A DNA stretch of 64,000 nucleotides from Macrostomum hystrix. Taxonomy: Eukaryota; Animalia; Platyhelminthes. The DNA lies in assembly GCA_950097015.1 (NCBI GenBank), contig CATNEN010000005.1, positions 496,001 through 560,000 of the forward strand. The letters run 5' to 3'. Positions 47,601 through 61,400 of this stretch are shown in pieces. The notes beneath the pieces were generated by a model that was given only the letters and a program-made list of their open reading frames with translations, was not told the DNA's origin and did not search any database. Numbering within the stretch: the first letter of the stretch is position 1; every line of letters starts with the position of its first letter. A program made the translations under genes and the position numbers.

Positions 47601-50600
47601 TCTCTCCTCTCTCCCGCTCTCTCTCTCCCTCTCTCCCTCTCCCTCTCTCCCTCTCCCTCTCTCCCCTCTATCCCCCTCTCTCCCTCTCTCCCTCTCTCCC
47701 TCTCTTCTTATCTCCCTCTCTCCCCTCTTCCCTCTCTCCCTCTCTTCTTATCTCCCTCTCTCCCCTCTCCCTCTCTCCCTCTCTTCTTATCTCCCTCTCT
47801 CCCCTCTCCCTCTCTCCCTCTCTTCTTATCTCCCTCTCTCCCCTCTCCCTCTCTCCCTCTCTTCTTATCTCCCTCTCTCCCTCTCTTCCTCTCTTCTTAT
47901 CTCCCTCTCTCCCCTTCTCCCTCTCTCCCTCTCTTCTTATCTCCCTCTCTCCCCTTCTCCCTCTCTCCCTCTCTTCTTATCTCCCTCTCTCCCCTCTCCC
48001 TCTCTCCCTCTCTTCTTATCTCCCTCTCTCCCCCTCTCCCTCTCTCCCTCTCTTCTTATCTCCCTCTCTCCCCTCTCCCTCTCTCCCTCTCTTCTTATCT
48101 CCCTCTCTCCCTCTCTTCCTCTCTTCTTATCTCCCTCTCTCCCCTTCTCCCTCTCTCCCTCTCTTCTTATCTCCCTCTCTCCCCTTCTCCCTCTCTCCCT
48201 CTCTTCTTATCTCCCTCTCTCCCCTCTTCCCTCTCTCCCTCTCTTCTTATCTCCCTCTCTCCTCTCTCCCTCTCTCCCTCTCTTCTTATCTCCCTCTCTC
48301 CCCTCTCCCTCTCTCCCTCTCTTCTTATCTCCCTCTCTCCCCTCTCCCTCTCTTCTTGTCTTCCTCTCTCCCTATCTCTCCCCCTCTCCCTCTCTCCCTC
48401 TCCCTCTCTCCCTCTCTTCTTATCTCCCTCTCTCCCTCTCTTCCTCTCTTCTTATCTCCCTCTCTCCCCTTCTCCCTCTCTCCCTCTCTTCTTATCTCCC
48501 TCTCTCCCCTCTCCCTCTCTCCCTCTATCCCTCTCTTCTTATCTCCCTCTCTCCCCTCTTCCCTCTCTCCCTCTCTTCTTATCTCCCTCTCTCCTCTCTC
48601 CCTCTCTCCCTCTCTTCTTATCTCCCTCTCTCCCCTTCTCCCTCTCTCCCTCTCTTCTTATCTCCCTCTCTCCCCTCTCCCTCTCTCCCTCTATCCCTCT
48701 CTTCTTATCTCCCTCTCTCCCCTCTTCCCTCTCTCCCTCTCTTCTTATCTCCCTCTCTCCTCTCTCCCTCTCTCCCTCTCTTCTTATCTCCCTCTCTCCC
48801 CTCTCCCTCTCTCCCCTCTATCCCCCTCTCTCCCTCTCTCCCTCTCTCCCTCTCTTCTTATCTCCCTCTCTCCCCTCTTCCCTCTCTCCCTCTCTTCTTA
48901 TCTCCCTCTCTCCCCTCTCCCTCTCTCCCTCTCTTCTTATCTCCCTCTCTCCCCTCTCCCTCTCTCCCTCTCTTCTTATCTCCCTCTCTCCCTCTCCCTC
49001 TCTCCCTCTCCCTCTCTCCCCTCTATCCCCCTCTCTCCCTCTCTCCCTCTCTCCCTCTCTTCTTACCTCCCTCTCTCCTCTCTCCCTCTCTCCCTCTCTT
49101 CTTATCTCCCTCTCTCCCCTCTCCCTCTCTCCCTCTCTTCTTATCTCCCTCTCTCCCCTCTCCCTCTCTTCTTATCTCCCTCTCTCCCCTCTCCCTCTCT
49201 TCTTGTCTTCCTCTCTCCCTATCTCTCCCCCTCTCCCTCTCTCTGACCCTCTCCCTCTCTCCCTCTCCCTCTCTCCCTCTCTTCTTATCTCCCTCTCTCC
49301 CCTCTCCCTCTCTCCCTCTCTTCTTATCTCCCTCTCTCCCTCTCTTCCTCTCTTCTTATCTCCCTCTCTCCCCTTCTCCCTCTCTCCCTCTCTTCTTATC
49401 TCCCTCTCTCCCCTCTTCCCTCTCTCCCTCTCTTCTTATCTCCCTCTCTCCTCTCTCCCTCTCTCCCTCTCTTCTTATCTCCCTCTCTCCCCTCTCCCTC
49501 TCTCCCCTCTATCCCCCTCTCTCCCTCTCTCCCTCTCTCCCTCTCTTCTTATCTCCCTCTCTCCCCTCTTCCCTCTCTCCCTCTCTTCTTATCTCCCTCT
49601 CTCCCCTCTCCCTCTCTCCCTCTCTTCTTATCTCCCTCTCTCCCCTCTCCCTCTCTCCCTCTCTTCTTATCTCCCTCTCTCCCTCTCCCTCTCTCCCTCT
49701 CCCTCTCTCCCCTCTATCCCCCTCTCTCCCTCTCTCCCTCTCTCCCTCTCTTCTTACCTCCCTCTCTCCTCTCTCCCTCTCTCCCTCTCTTCTTATCTCC
49801 CTCTCTCCCCTCTCCCTCTCTCCCTCTCTTCTTATCTCCCTCTCTCCCCTCTCCCTCTCTTCTTATCTCCCTCTCTCCCCTCTCCCTCTCTTCTTGTCTT
49901 CCTCTCTCCCTATCTCTCCCCCTCTCCCTCTCTCTGACCCTCTCCCTCTCTCCCTCTCCCTCTCTCCCTCTCTTCTTATCTCCCTCTCTCCCCTCTCCCT
50001 CTCTCCCTCTCTTCTTATCTCCCTCTCTCCCTCTCTTCCTCTCTTCTTATCTCCCTCTCTCCCCTTCTCCCTCTCTCCCTCTCTTCTTATCTCCCTCTCT
50101 CCCCTTCTCCCTCTCTCCCTCTCTTCTTATCTCCCTCTCTCCCCTCTCCCTCTCTCCCTCTCTTCTTATCTCCCTCTCTCCCCTCTCCCTCTCTCCCTCT
50201 CTTCTTATCTCCCTCTCTCCCTCTCTTCCTCTTTTCTTATCTCCCTCTCTCCCCTTCTCCCTCTCTCCCTCTCTTCTTATCTCCCTCTCTCCCCTTCTCC
50301 CTCTCTCCCTCTCTTCTTATCTCCCTCTCTCCCCTCTTCCCTCTCTCCCTCTCTTCTTATCTCCCTCTCTCCTCTCTCCCTCTCTCCCTCTCTTCTTATC
50401 TCCCTCTCTCCCCTCTCCCTCTCTCCCTCTCTTCTTATCTCCCTCTCTCCCCTCTCCCTCTCTTCTTGTCTTCCTCTCTCCCTATCTCTCCCCCTCTCCC
50501 TCTCTCCCTCTCCCTCTCTCCCTCTCTTCTTATCTCCCTCTCTCCCTCTCTTCCTCTCTTCTTATCTCCCTCTCTCCCCTTCTCCCTCTCTCCCTCTCTT

Positions 50601-52100
50601 CTTATCTCCCTCTCTCCCCTCTCCCTCTCTCCCTCTATCCCTCTCTTCTTATCTCCCTCTCTCCCCTCTTCCCTCTCTCCCTCTCTTCTTATCTCCCTCT
50701 CTCCCCTCTCCCTCTCTCCCTCTCTTCTTATCTCCCTCTCTCCTCTCTCCCTCTCTCCCTCTCTTCTTATCTCCCTCTCTCCCTCTCCCTCTCTCCCTCT
50801 CCCTCTCTCCCCTCTATCCCCCTCTCTCCCTCTCTCCCTCTCTCCCTCTCTTCTTATCTCCCTCTCTCCCCTCTTCCCTCTCTCCCTCTCTTCTTATCTC
50901 CCTCTCTCCCCTCTCCCTCTCTCCCTCTCTTCTTATCTCCCTCTCTCCTCTCTCCCTCTCTTCTTGTCTTCCTCTCTCCCCTCTATCCCCCTCTCTCCCT
51001 CTCTCCCTCTCTCCCTCTCTTCTTATCTCCCTCTCTCCCCTCTCCCTCTCTCCCTCTCTTCTTATCTCCCTCTCTCCCCTCTCCCTCTCTCCCTCTCTTC
51101 TTATCTCCCTCTCTCCCCTCTCCCTCTCTCCCTCTCTTCTTATCTCCCTCTCTCCCCTCTCCCTCTCTCCCTCTCTTCTTATCTCCCTCTCTCCCCTCTC
51201 CCTCTCTCCCTCTCTTCTTATCTCCCTCTCTCCCTCTCTTCCTCTCTTCTTATCTCCCTCTCTCCCCTTCTCCCTCTCTCCCTCTCTTCTTATCTCCCTC
51301 TCTCCCCTTCTCCCTCTCTCCCTCTCTTCTTATCTCCCTCTCTCCCCTCTTCCCTCTCTCCCTCTCTTCTTATCTCCCTCTCTCCTCTCTCCCTCTCTCC
51401 CTCTCTTCTTATCTCCCTCTCTCCCCTCTCCCTCTCTCCCTCTCTTCTTATCTCCCTCTCTCCCCTCTCCCTCTCTTCTTGTCTTCCTCTCTCCCTATCT
51501 CTCCCCCTCTCCCTCTCTCCCTCTCCCTCTCTCCCTCTCTTCTTATCTCCCTCTCTCCCTCTCTTCCTCTCTTCTTATCTCCCTCTCTCCCCTTCTCCCT
51601 CTCTCCCTCTCTTCTTATCTCCCTCTCTCCCCTCTCCCTCTCTCCCTCTATCCCTCTCTTCTTATCTCCCTCTCTCCCCTCTTCCCTCTCTCCCTCTCTT
51701 CTTATCTCCCTCTCTCCCCTCTCCCTCTCTCCCTCTCTTCTTATCTCCCTCTCTCCTCTCTCCCTCTCTCCCTCTCTTCTTATCTCCCTCTCTCCCTCTC
51801 CCTCTCTCCCTCTCCCTCTCTCCCCTCTATCCCCCTCTCTCCCTCTCTCCCTCTCTCCCTCTCTTCTTATCTCCCTCTCTCCCCTCTTCCCTCTCTCCCT
51901 CTCTTCTTATCTCCCTCTCTCCCCTCTCCCTCTCTCCCTCTCTTCTTATCTCCCTCTCTCCTCTCTCCCTCTCTTCTTGTCTTCCTCTCTCCCTATCTCT
52001 CCCCCTCTCCCTCTCTCTGACCCTCTCCCTCTCTCCCTCTTACTCTCTTCCTCTTACTCTCTTCCTTTCTCCATCTGTGCAACCTCTCACCCTCACTCTC
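47601..52100. repeat. CT-rich satellite, about 4.5 kb, right flank of the hammerhead element
   Basis: Same unit as 46402-47308 with higher-order repeats; source of the 1501-aa L/S/P ORF. Confidence 0.95.
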
Positions 52101-52749
52101 TCTCTCGCTCTGTTTCTCTCCACCTTTAATCTTACTCTACCTTCCTCAATAAACTTCTAATCCCGTTCAGCTGTCTCTATTCTGTCACGAAGTATTTAAC
52201 AATTGCAAGCACTTTTGCTATACTGTTCAATCGTCATTAACCCTAAACCAAGGCACAACGAAAATCGGCAGTGTTTATCTACGTGCCAATTCAATCTTGT
52301 CGGTGAATTTTTTCAATATCATTGGTCAGACTACGACAAAAACAAACCGTTCCAACTTCAGTACCATTTCATAACGGAGTTATAATTTTCAGTTGGATAG
52401 CTTTATTGTTTGGTACATTTGCTCGCTTATTTTCTATCGCAAGTCACGTCCAGACTAATGCAGCAGCTTTTGCTGTCTTTTTCTCTTAACATATTGGATG
52501 TCCGATATATTGCTTAACTGAGGCTGATGATTTCAGAAAAAATAATTTTACCCCATTTTTATGTATTAAATGTCAATAAGCCTACGCTATCGTTTTTATA
52601 ATGTTTTCTCTCTGGGTTTATATATTTAAAACACTGCCGAGATAATGATGGTTTCCGAGAATTCCTTTGGTGACGAAATAATTTGTTTATTTAGGAATTG
52701 TCGGGACTTGTCGGGTTTAGTTGACAAGCTCAACTGGAATTGGTGGAAT

Positions 52750-53660
52750 AACTCACCTGAGATTAGTGGATTAACTCACCTGGGATTAGTGGATTAACTC
52801 ACCTGGGATTAGTGGACTGACCCAACTGGGATTATTAGATTAGCTCACTTAAGATTAGTAGATTAACTCACACGGGATTAGTGGATTAACTCACTTGGGA
52901 TTAGTGGATTAACTCACACGGGATTAGTGGATTAACTCACTTGGGATTAGTGGATTAACTCACACGGGATTAGTGGATTAACTCACTTGGGATTAGTGGA
53001 TTAACTCACATGGGATTAGTGGATTAACTCACCTGGGATTAGTGGATTGACCCAACTGGGATTAGTAGATTAACTCACTTGGATTAGTGGATTAACTCAC
53101 ACGGGATTAGTGGATTAACTCACTTGGGATTAGTGGATTAACTCACATGGGATTAGTGGATTAACTCACCTGGGATTAGTGGATTGACCCAACTGGGATT
53201 AGTAGATTAACTCACTTGGATTAGTGGATTAACTCACACGGGATTAGTGGATTAACTCACTTGGGATTAGTGGATTAACTCACATGGGATTAGTGGATTA
53301 ACTCACCTGGGATTAGTGGATTGACCCAACTGGGATTAGTAGATTAACTCACTTGGATTAGTGGATTAACTCACTTGGTATTAACGGACTAACTCACTTA
53401 AGATTCGTAGATTAACTCACCTGGGATTAGTGGATTAACTCACCTGGGATTAGTGGATTAACTCACCTGGGATTAGTGGATTAACTCACCTGGGATTAGT
53501 GGATTGACCCAACTGGGATTAGTAGATTAACTCACTTGGTATTAACGGACTAACTCACTTAAGATTAGTAGATTAACTCACATGGGATTAGTGGATTAAC
53601 TCACTTGGGATTTGTAGATTAACTCACCTTGGATAAGTTGATTAACCCAACCTGGGATTA
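52750..53660. repeat. 22/23-bp minisatellite (GGGATTAGTGGATTAACTCACCT)
   Basis: Direct repetition. Confidence 0.9.
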
Positions 53661-53699
53661 GCGGACTAACACAGCCAGAGATTTCTGATTAACTCAATG

Positions 53700-54330
53700 G
53701 GATTAGCGTAGTTTAAAATGGCCAGAATTCCCTCTAGAATTGTATTGCATACCTCGAGTGATTTAAGACACGAACTGACCCACTTTGCGGTTTCACAACC
53801 ACACCAAACATTTTCACAGCTGGCACGGCCCGGGCAACTTCAAAGAAATCATGTGCATCGTGTCACTAGCTGCCCCCTAGAAGCTGACACTATAAAACAC
53901 TGAATTTCTCTCCAAGAAGGTCAAACGAGTATCTTCCCAAAGTTCCTGAAGGCTATAGCAACTGTCGCTAAGCAAGAATTTTTGGGGCAGGCAAAAGGAA
54001 TCTCCAAGAAAATCAAAATGCGCATTGGCAAAGAAGATCATATAAGAAATAAGATAAAAGCAGTTATATTGTACCCAGCGGTTGGTGAAAGCTTTCCCAA
54101 TTTTCTCGCTCTGTGCTTTTTGTCACTCATATCTCTTTGTCTCTTCCTCTGCAATGCTATAACATATTGGTCTTGTGTTTTCGATCGCATTTTTCCGAAT
54201 TCCACAGCTAATAGCGACACATTTTTGGCTACATGCTTCCGATGCGATTGCATAATGCAAAGCGTTTCTGGGAAACGCACTAGGTTACGGTAAGTATCTA
54301 GGTGTTTCCATCTCCGATCCATTCTTTAAT
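53700..54330 (-). pseudogene. Possible decayed DNA-transposase fragment (P-element/THAP9-like?)
   Basis: Broken minus-strand frames give ..RRWKHLDT.., ..GKLS.. and LGRYSFDLLGEKFSVL*CQLLGGS, loosely like the P-type LGK.Q.D.LE.RF..YRQL.GG block; stops and frameshifts present. Confidence 0.25.
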
Positions 54331-54622
54331 ACTACAGACACATGTTGACACATTGCAGTGTGCTCCAACATTTTATAGCATGCTGTGTAATTCTGCGTAG
54401 AATAGGGTCACGAAATGGCAATTTTCGCACTACTTTCAGTAGCACCTTTAGCTTAATAAGTCATATAAATAACATATTTAAGGTAGTACGAGTATATGGA
54501 TCGATGAATTGAAAAACAAAAATTGTAAATTACATTTGCAGCAAGAAACCATTTTAATTCTTTGCGAAGTAGCTTGAAAATAATTTTGCCCTAAGCTAGA
54601 CCTCTTTATGGAGATTCTATAC

Positions 54623-54871
54623 TAGGTATAGCAGCTTTTCCTTTCGGGGGGCTAAACATTTTAGTTAGGGGGCCACCATGTGACAACCAAAAACCGCAAA
54701 TGGGTGCCATGCATTGGGCCAAAAAAGTGCCATTGTGCCCAGGGGGTGCTGTGAGGGCGTGGGCACTTTAAAGGGGGTGGAGCGAGGGGGGCGGCATATT
54801 TGAGTGGGCGGCAATCGAGAGGATCTAAATTTCGGAGAGCGATAGCCTCTTTTTAGCCGCGGCACGGCCTG
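54623..54871. mobile_element. GC-rich MITE-like remnant
   Basis: GC island in AT-rich DNA ending in GCCGCGGCACGGCCTG (typical TIR-like end); the left end is degenerate. Confidence 0.35.
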
Positions 54872-55772
54872 GATCCTATTTGAATACTATAAGTTATCAC
54901 AACTTGTGTTTCCAGTCCCGCATCCAATAGATATCATATTTTTCTTAAGAAACATTATAGCTGCTCTTGCTATTGGACATCTAAATAATGGCTTTTAGTT
55001 TTCGTCATCTGGACCCTAAAATTTAATTTATTCTAAAATCCATCTGGAATTTAGCTTAAAGCTGTTTGTTCTGCTTCTCAGAGTCTGTCATCTCAGAGTC
55101 TATCATTTGCAGCTTATAATTAAGCTCTTTTACCCAAATTCTAAACATAGTTTATTTTTAGTAGTGGACTCATGACTTTACAAATTTTGTTATAAGCGGA
55201 AACAATATTTCAAATGTCGCTAACCTTTTGGTTTCGTAGAATTATAGTATATTTCGATTTATTTCTGAAGACTTTACCTAACCTTACCTAATGAGGTGTT
55301 ACTCTTAGTAACACCAAACTTGTCTCGCTCTGATCTCAATGCCAATAGTGAGGTGGCCAAAGTCGAGCCTGAGCGGCTGAATTTTCTACATAAAGTACAA
55401 CTAGTACTAGGCCTAAAACTGCTTGTTGGGTTGTTGCTTGCCTTGCCAGTTTCCAGGAATCAAAACAGTTCTCAGGTCAGGAGGGTTACCAGAGACCTGA
55501 GTGGGCCTAAAGATTAAGAGCGATAATAGCTACAGCTGTCATGTGTTTCATTCCACCACCTCTTGAGCAAAGTATTTTAAACTTGTCAACAACTAAGTAG
55601 GTCAACCATTTTTACAGGGTGATAATTTTTTGATAGAAAGTGTGTAATGTGTATAAATTATAAGTAATGCTCTATTAGGATAGTTGAGTAAGCATTTTTG
55701 CACCTATAACTTAGTACAAATGCTTTTTTCTATTTGTACACTTGTACAGCCTTGTGGTTAGCAAATGTAAGT

Positions 55773-56469
55773 GCTTATTCCCATGGTCCCGTGCCGATAT
55801 TTTCAATTTTATCCACATGGATCTGTGCCAATAATTTTTGCTTATCCACACAGGCACAGCAGCTTGTATGAATAGGTCTACAACTCTTTATATATGCCAT
55901 GCCATTAATTTCAATTTTATTTACATGGATCTGTGACTCTAAGGGCATAATTTCAATTTTATCTGCACGGACTCATTCCAATAAGCTCCCATTTAGTTTG
56001 ACACATAGATCAATATGTGATGTCAATATGAAGTTGTGAACAATTCACTTAATTACTGTTGTGACAGAATTTATTATCATAGGTCAATTTGTCACTCAAG
56101 GAGTTTGCCATGCGCAGAGCAGAACAGAAAAAGGACGTGACATTCTAAAACAAAACAAATGTCAGTGTGATTTCTTATGAGATTGTTAGCAATGTTAGCC
56201 TACATATTATTCGAAATTAACAATTATTCAAAATTTAACATGTGCATTGCTCGTAATTAAAAGACTGCAGGTTCTGGAAAACATGTATGGCCAGTATGTC
56301 CAGTTGTATATAGTTACATGAAAATTGCTTCACAGTTCCTGTAAAATATGTGCTTTAAGTTCTTAAAGTTATCAGCAAAACAAGCTGCCATGTGGATAGG
56401 CAGAGAATTATCAGCAGAGATCCATGTGGATAAAATTGAAATTATTGGCACTGGACCATGGGAATAAGC
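55773..56469. mobile_element. ~700-bp element bounded by ~52-bp inverted repeats (foldback/MITE-like)
   Basis: GCTTATTCCCATGGTCC..TTTCAATTTTATCCACATGGATCT (55773-55824) is the reverse complement of 56418-56469 with few mismatches; internal partial copies near 55905-55975. Confidence 0.7.
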
Positions 56470-56548
56470 TCTGCCTTAGCAAATAGGCCTAGTGTCAAAC
56501 TCAACTTAAAGGTTGGATGTTCTATTACTAACTCCACTGGAACAATTT

Positions 56549-56636
56549 GTGTCCCTTGGCAAGACAAAGGACTCTTGCATTGACTCTGTATTAACTCTGT
56601 ATTGCTTCAGTTTACCTACCCAAATGTTGAATAGGT
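56549..56636 (+). mobile_element. CORE-domain SINE fragment
   Basis: GTGTCCCTTGGCAAGACA..TTAACTCTGTATTGCTTCAGTTTACCTACC..AATAGG resembles the MIR/CORE consensus. Confidence 0.45.
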
Positions 56637-57910
56637 AGGCCTAGGCCTACCAGAATTAGTTATAGTAATTGAGGATAGGTATGGCATCCCCTAGTCTATT
56701 GACTGAACTGAATAGCCATAGGCCTAAGTAGTCTTCAGATGCACCAGCCAATAGCTGCTATAGTTGTACTATGCTGTTAGAGCCTACATATTGTGCCTGA
56801 TTGGGGCAGCCTTAATAATGTATTATTATCTATTTAAATATAAAGCTAGGTCTATTAGTATAGCTATATTAATAAGTATTTAAATACAATATTAAAAAAA
56901 GAAATAAATAATTTTAATTTGAATATTTTTTCACACCTTCAAAGAATATAAAAATTGAGCATAGGGCCCGTAACATATATGACAGTTGTGACAAATAAAA
57001 TAAGTATCAGTTCTTAAGTCAATGAAGTCTTGTACAAGGATAGGTATAGTTGGCCTCTACAAAATTTTGCTAACACTACAGATATGTAATTTCAACCCTG
57101 GAAATGCTCATCCGGACTCCATTTTGGAGTCTAGGGTTTTGTATAGAGATTTCAAGATGAAAATTTATAAATAAAACAAATCTAATCAACATTAAAATAT
57201 ATATTAGTTTGGCATTACTGCAACTAAAATAGAATGTAAGTATAAAAAGTTACCATTACAAAAGACAACAAATAGGCTTTGAAAGTGGTCTTGTTTTTTT
57301 AAAGTGTTTATAGTAATTGGGGCATTCAGTGATAGATTCCAATGATGAACTCTTCATCATCCAGATTTCAGACTTAGGAGCCTAAATTAGTATAATACCT
57401 AGCACAGATTTCGTCTGTTAGTGCTTTTTAGTTAGTCATCCAAACTTCCTTTAGTAACCCCAGGAAAAAAGCTGAAAATTCTCCATTTCCTGGAATTTAT
57501 AAGGTCTGGGGAACATACACCATACTACAAATGTTGCATGGTATATGCTATAGTTATTGGCACTAATGCTCCATATTATATCAAATGGGGGTCTATGTTG
57601 ATGGTATTATGCACACTCAAATAAATTTATTGAGCATGTCTAAGTGACTAAGTTTTTTTATCTTCAATTGAAACCAAACCAAGTAAGCCTTTTGGTTTTG
57701 TGTCCAGTAATGCTTTGTCACTGCATATAAACTTAGGAAACATATAAACCATTTTTGAACTGTTTTAAAATTGTACACATCCCCCAGATGTATAATTGTT
57801 ACATGTAGTCTTGAATTTAATTTATTGTCTTTAAACATTTTCAGTCAAAATCTTATCACTCGTCAAATCTGTCAAAGTCGCTTGATTAAATTGCAGTTTA
57901 GTCAACAACA

Positions 57911-58447
57911 ATGCAAGCCGCCGCTCCGAGGCTGCTAACCTGCGGCCAACGACTGTCAAGAAGCCTGACTGCTTCGCAGCGTTGGCTAGCTGCAACACCG
58001 CGGCCATTTCACTATCAGGATGTGCTGGAGATGACCAAACCAGCTGATAGCGACACTCCATATAAGAAGCTAACAACAGACTATGTGTGCACTAGCGAAC
58101 ATCTCGGCAAGAAGATTCTACACGTTGATGGCAAAGCTCTGACTTTGCTAGCCCAGACTGCCATGGTGGACATAGCGCACCTATTGCGGCCTGGTCACCT
58201 GCAGTCTCTATCTAATATATTGAAAGATCCTGAAGCTTCTAAGAATGATAAATTTGTCGCTCTAGAATTGTTAAAGAATGCTAACATCGCTGCTAACATG
58301 GTCCTGCCGGGTTGTCAGGATACTGGCACAGCTATCGTTATTGGCAAGAAGGGTCAGTACGTTATGACGCATTGCGCCGACGATGCTAGCGCTCTTAGCC
58401 AGGGTGTCTACAATACCTATACTGGAACTAGTCTGCGTTATTCTCAG
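57911..58447 (+). CDS. fumA: Class I fumarase exon 1
   Basis: ATG at 57911; Arg/Ser/Leu-rich, acid-free N-terminus; ends CAG|gtgagt. Confidence 0.95.
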
Positions 58448-61400
58448 GTGAGTCATGGTAGCTAATTAAATATGCCAGCAATTGAACTGAAAGAAAACAC
58501 TGCACTTCCATACATTAATGAGGATAGATTATCAAAAAATCTTCTTTGTTAACAATCGACGAATCTCGTGGGTAATGATCGACGAATCTCGTGGGTAATG
58601 ATCGAGGATTGTCCTGATAAATGTTAAATGAAATTCGTGAGAGATGATCGACGAATCTCGTAGGTAATGATCGACGAATATCTAGGTATTGATCGACGAA
58701 TCTATAGGGTATTGATCGACTAATCTCTAGGTATTTATCGACGAATCTCTAGGTATTTATCGACGAATCTCTTGGTATTTATCGACTAATCTCTGGGTAT
58801 TGCTCGACGAATCTCTGGGTAATGATCGACGAATCTCGTAGGTAATGATCGACGAATCTCGTAGGTAATGATCGACGAATATCTAGGTATTGATCGACGA
58901 ATCTCTTGGTATTGATCGACGAATCTATAGGGTATTGATCGACGAATCTCTTGGTATTGATCGACGAATCTAAAGGGTATTGATCGACGAAACTCTAGGT
59001 ATTTATCGACGAATCTCTTGGTATTTATCGACGAATCTCTTGGTATTTATCGACTAATCTCTGGGTATTGATCGACGAATCTCTTGGTATTGATCGACGA
59101 ATCTATAGGGTATTGATCGACGAATCTCTAAGTATTGATCGACGAATCTCTAGGTATTGATCGAGGATTCTTCTGATAAATGTTAGATGAAATTCGTGAG
59201 TAATGATCGTCGAGTCTCGTGTATGATGATAGACTAATCTCGTGGGTAAAGACAGACGAGTCTCGTGATGATGATCGACGAATCTTCTAGTTAAGGATCG
59301 ACGAATCTAGTTAGTGATAATTACGAATCTCGTAAGTGATGATGATCAACGAATTTCTTAGATAATTATCGACGAATCTCTTAGGTTTTTAATCGCCGAG
59401 TCTTGTGGGTAAAAATAGACGAATCTTGTAGGTGATCTTTAATTTGTGCAAAAAACTTGCAGTTTTTTATCTACCCGTACTTCATTATTTAAACGGCAGG
59501 TTGCACCGCTAGATATGTACGAAGAGAAGAACACTGGCACTAATCTGCCAGCTCAAATTGAGCTCTATTCAACGCCCGGCCGAGAATACAAATTCTTATT
59601 CATGGCCAAAGGCGGCGGATCTGCTAATAAAACCTTCCTCTATCAGCAGACTAAATCTGTGCTCAATCCTGAGAAGCTGTTGAAATTTGTCGACGAAAAA
59701 ATTCGCACTCTGGGCACAGCCGCCTGTCCGCCCTATCACCTGGCCGTAGTGATTGGCGGCACTTCAGCCGAGGCCTGCCTAAAAACTGTCAAACTGGCAT
59801 CCGCCCGCTATTTGGACAATCTGCACAGCAGCGGCAATGAGCACGGCAGAGCGTTCCGGGATCGCGACTTCGAAGAGAAAGTTCTAGCTCTGACTAGGCA
59901 GTGCGGCATTGGGGCTCAGTTTGGCGGCAAATATTTCTGTCACGATGTGCGAGTGATTCGAATGCCGAGGCACGGAGCTTCGTGTCCGATTGGTGAGCCG
60001 CTGTTTAAACTGGATGAAACCAGTTTCGACTGGATTGATATGGAATTGATATTGATATGCAATGCGATTTTTAGAAGTTCAGAGCCTGATACCCCCGCTT
60101 CGGAATATTTTCAGTAGGATATCTCAATTTCGGAATCTCTTCGGTGGGATATTCTAGTTTCGGAACTTTTTTCGGTAGGATATCCGAATTTCGGAATCTT
60201 TTCGGTAGGATCCGAGTTTCGAAATATTTTCAGTGGAATATCAGAATTTCGGAAACATTCGGTAGGATATACGAGTTTTTTTAATCTTTTCGGTAGGATA
60301 TCTGAGTTTCGGAGTTTTTTCGGAGGAAATCAGAATTTCGGAATCTTTCGGTAGGATATCCGAGTTTCGGAATATTTTCAGTGGAATATCAGAATTTCAG
60401 AAACTTTTCGGTAGGATATACGAGTTTTGGAATATTTTCGTTAGGATATCCGAATTTCGGAATCTCGGTGGGATATCCGATTTTCGGAAGCTTTTCAGTG
60501 GAGTATCTGAGTTTCGGAAACTTTTCAGTGGAATATCTGAGTTTGCTAAAAAGTGAAAATTCGCATTGTTTGTTGCCATGCAGGCATCGGCGTGTCCTGC
60601 TCGGCTGATCGGCAGGCTTTGGGAAAAATCACCGAGTCAGGCGTCTACCTGGAACAGTTGGAAACTGATCCCAGCAAATACCTGCCGGAGGTGCGAGAAG
60701 ACGACCTAGGCGGAGAAGTTGTCAAAATCGACCTCAATCAGCCGATGGATAAGGTGCTGTCGTTGCTAGGCAAATATCCGGTCCGAACTCGCCTGTCGCT
60801 CAGCGGCACCCTCGTTGTGGCCAGAGACATTGCTCACGCCAAGCTCAAAGAGCGCTTGGACTCAGGCGAAGGCCTGCCGCAGTACATCAAAGATCATCCG
60901 GTTTATTATGCTGGCCCGGCCAAGACCCCGGATGGCTATGCTAGCGGCTCGTTTGGCCCCACCACGGCTGGTCGAATGGACTCCTATGTGGACCAGTTCC
61001 AGGTGAGCTGTAAATCAATTAGTGTGAATTGGTGACTGTGAATTGATAAGCGTGAGTTGGTAAGTGTGAATTGACAAGCCTGAATTGGTGAGTGAGAATT
61101 GACAAGCGTGAGTTGGTGAGTATGAATTGACAAGCGTGAGTTGGTGAGTGTGAATGGACAAGCGTGAATTGGTGAGTGAGAATTGACAAGCGTGAGTTGC
61201 TGAGTGAGAATTGACAAGCGTGAATTGGTGAGTGAGAATTGACAAGCGTGAGTTGGTGAGTGTTAATTGGTGAGTGTGAATTGGTGATGTTGTACCGGTC
61301 GTCCTGCTAACAATGAGGATCCGGCGGACTCCAATATGAAGTCCAAGAATATCAGGTAGTGTAGTAGTAGCGCTGCCACCAGGGCGTCAGGACTTCTGCC

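Noticed and set aside
47515-52020. 1501-aa ORF and overlapping Leu/Ser/Pro ORFs
   Set aside because: Translation of a CT-only satellite that cannot form stop codons; the start lies inside the hammerhead element.
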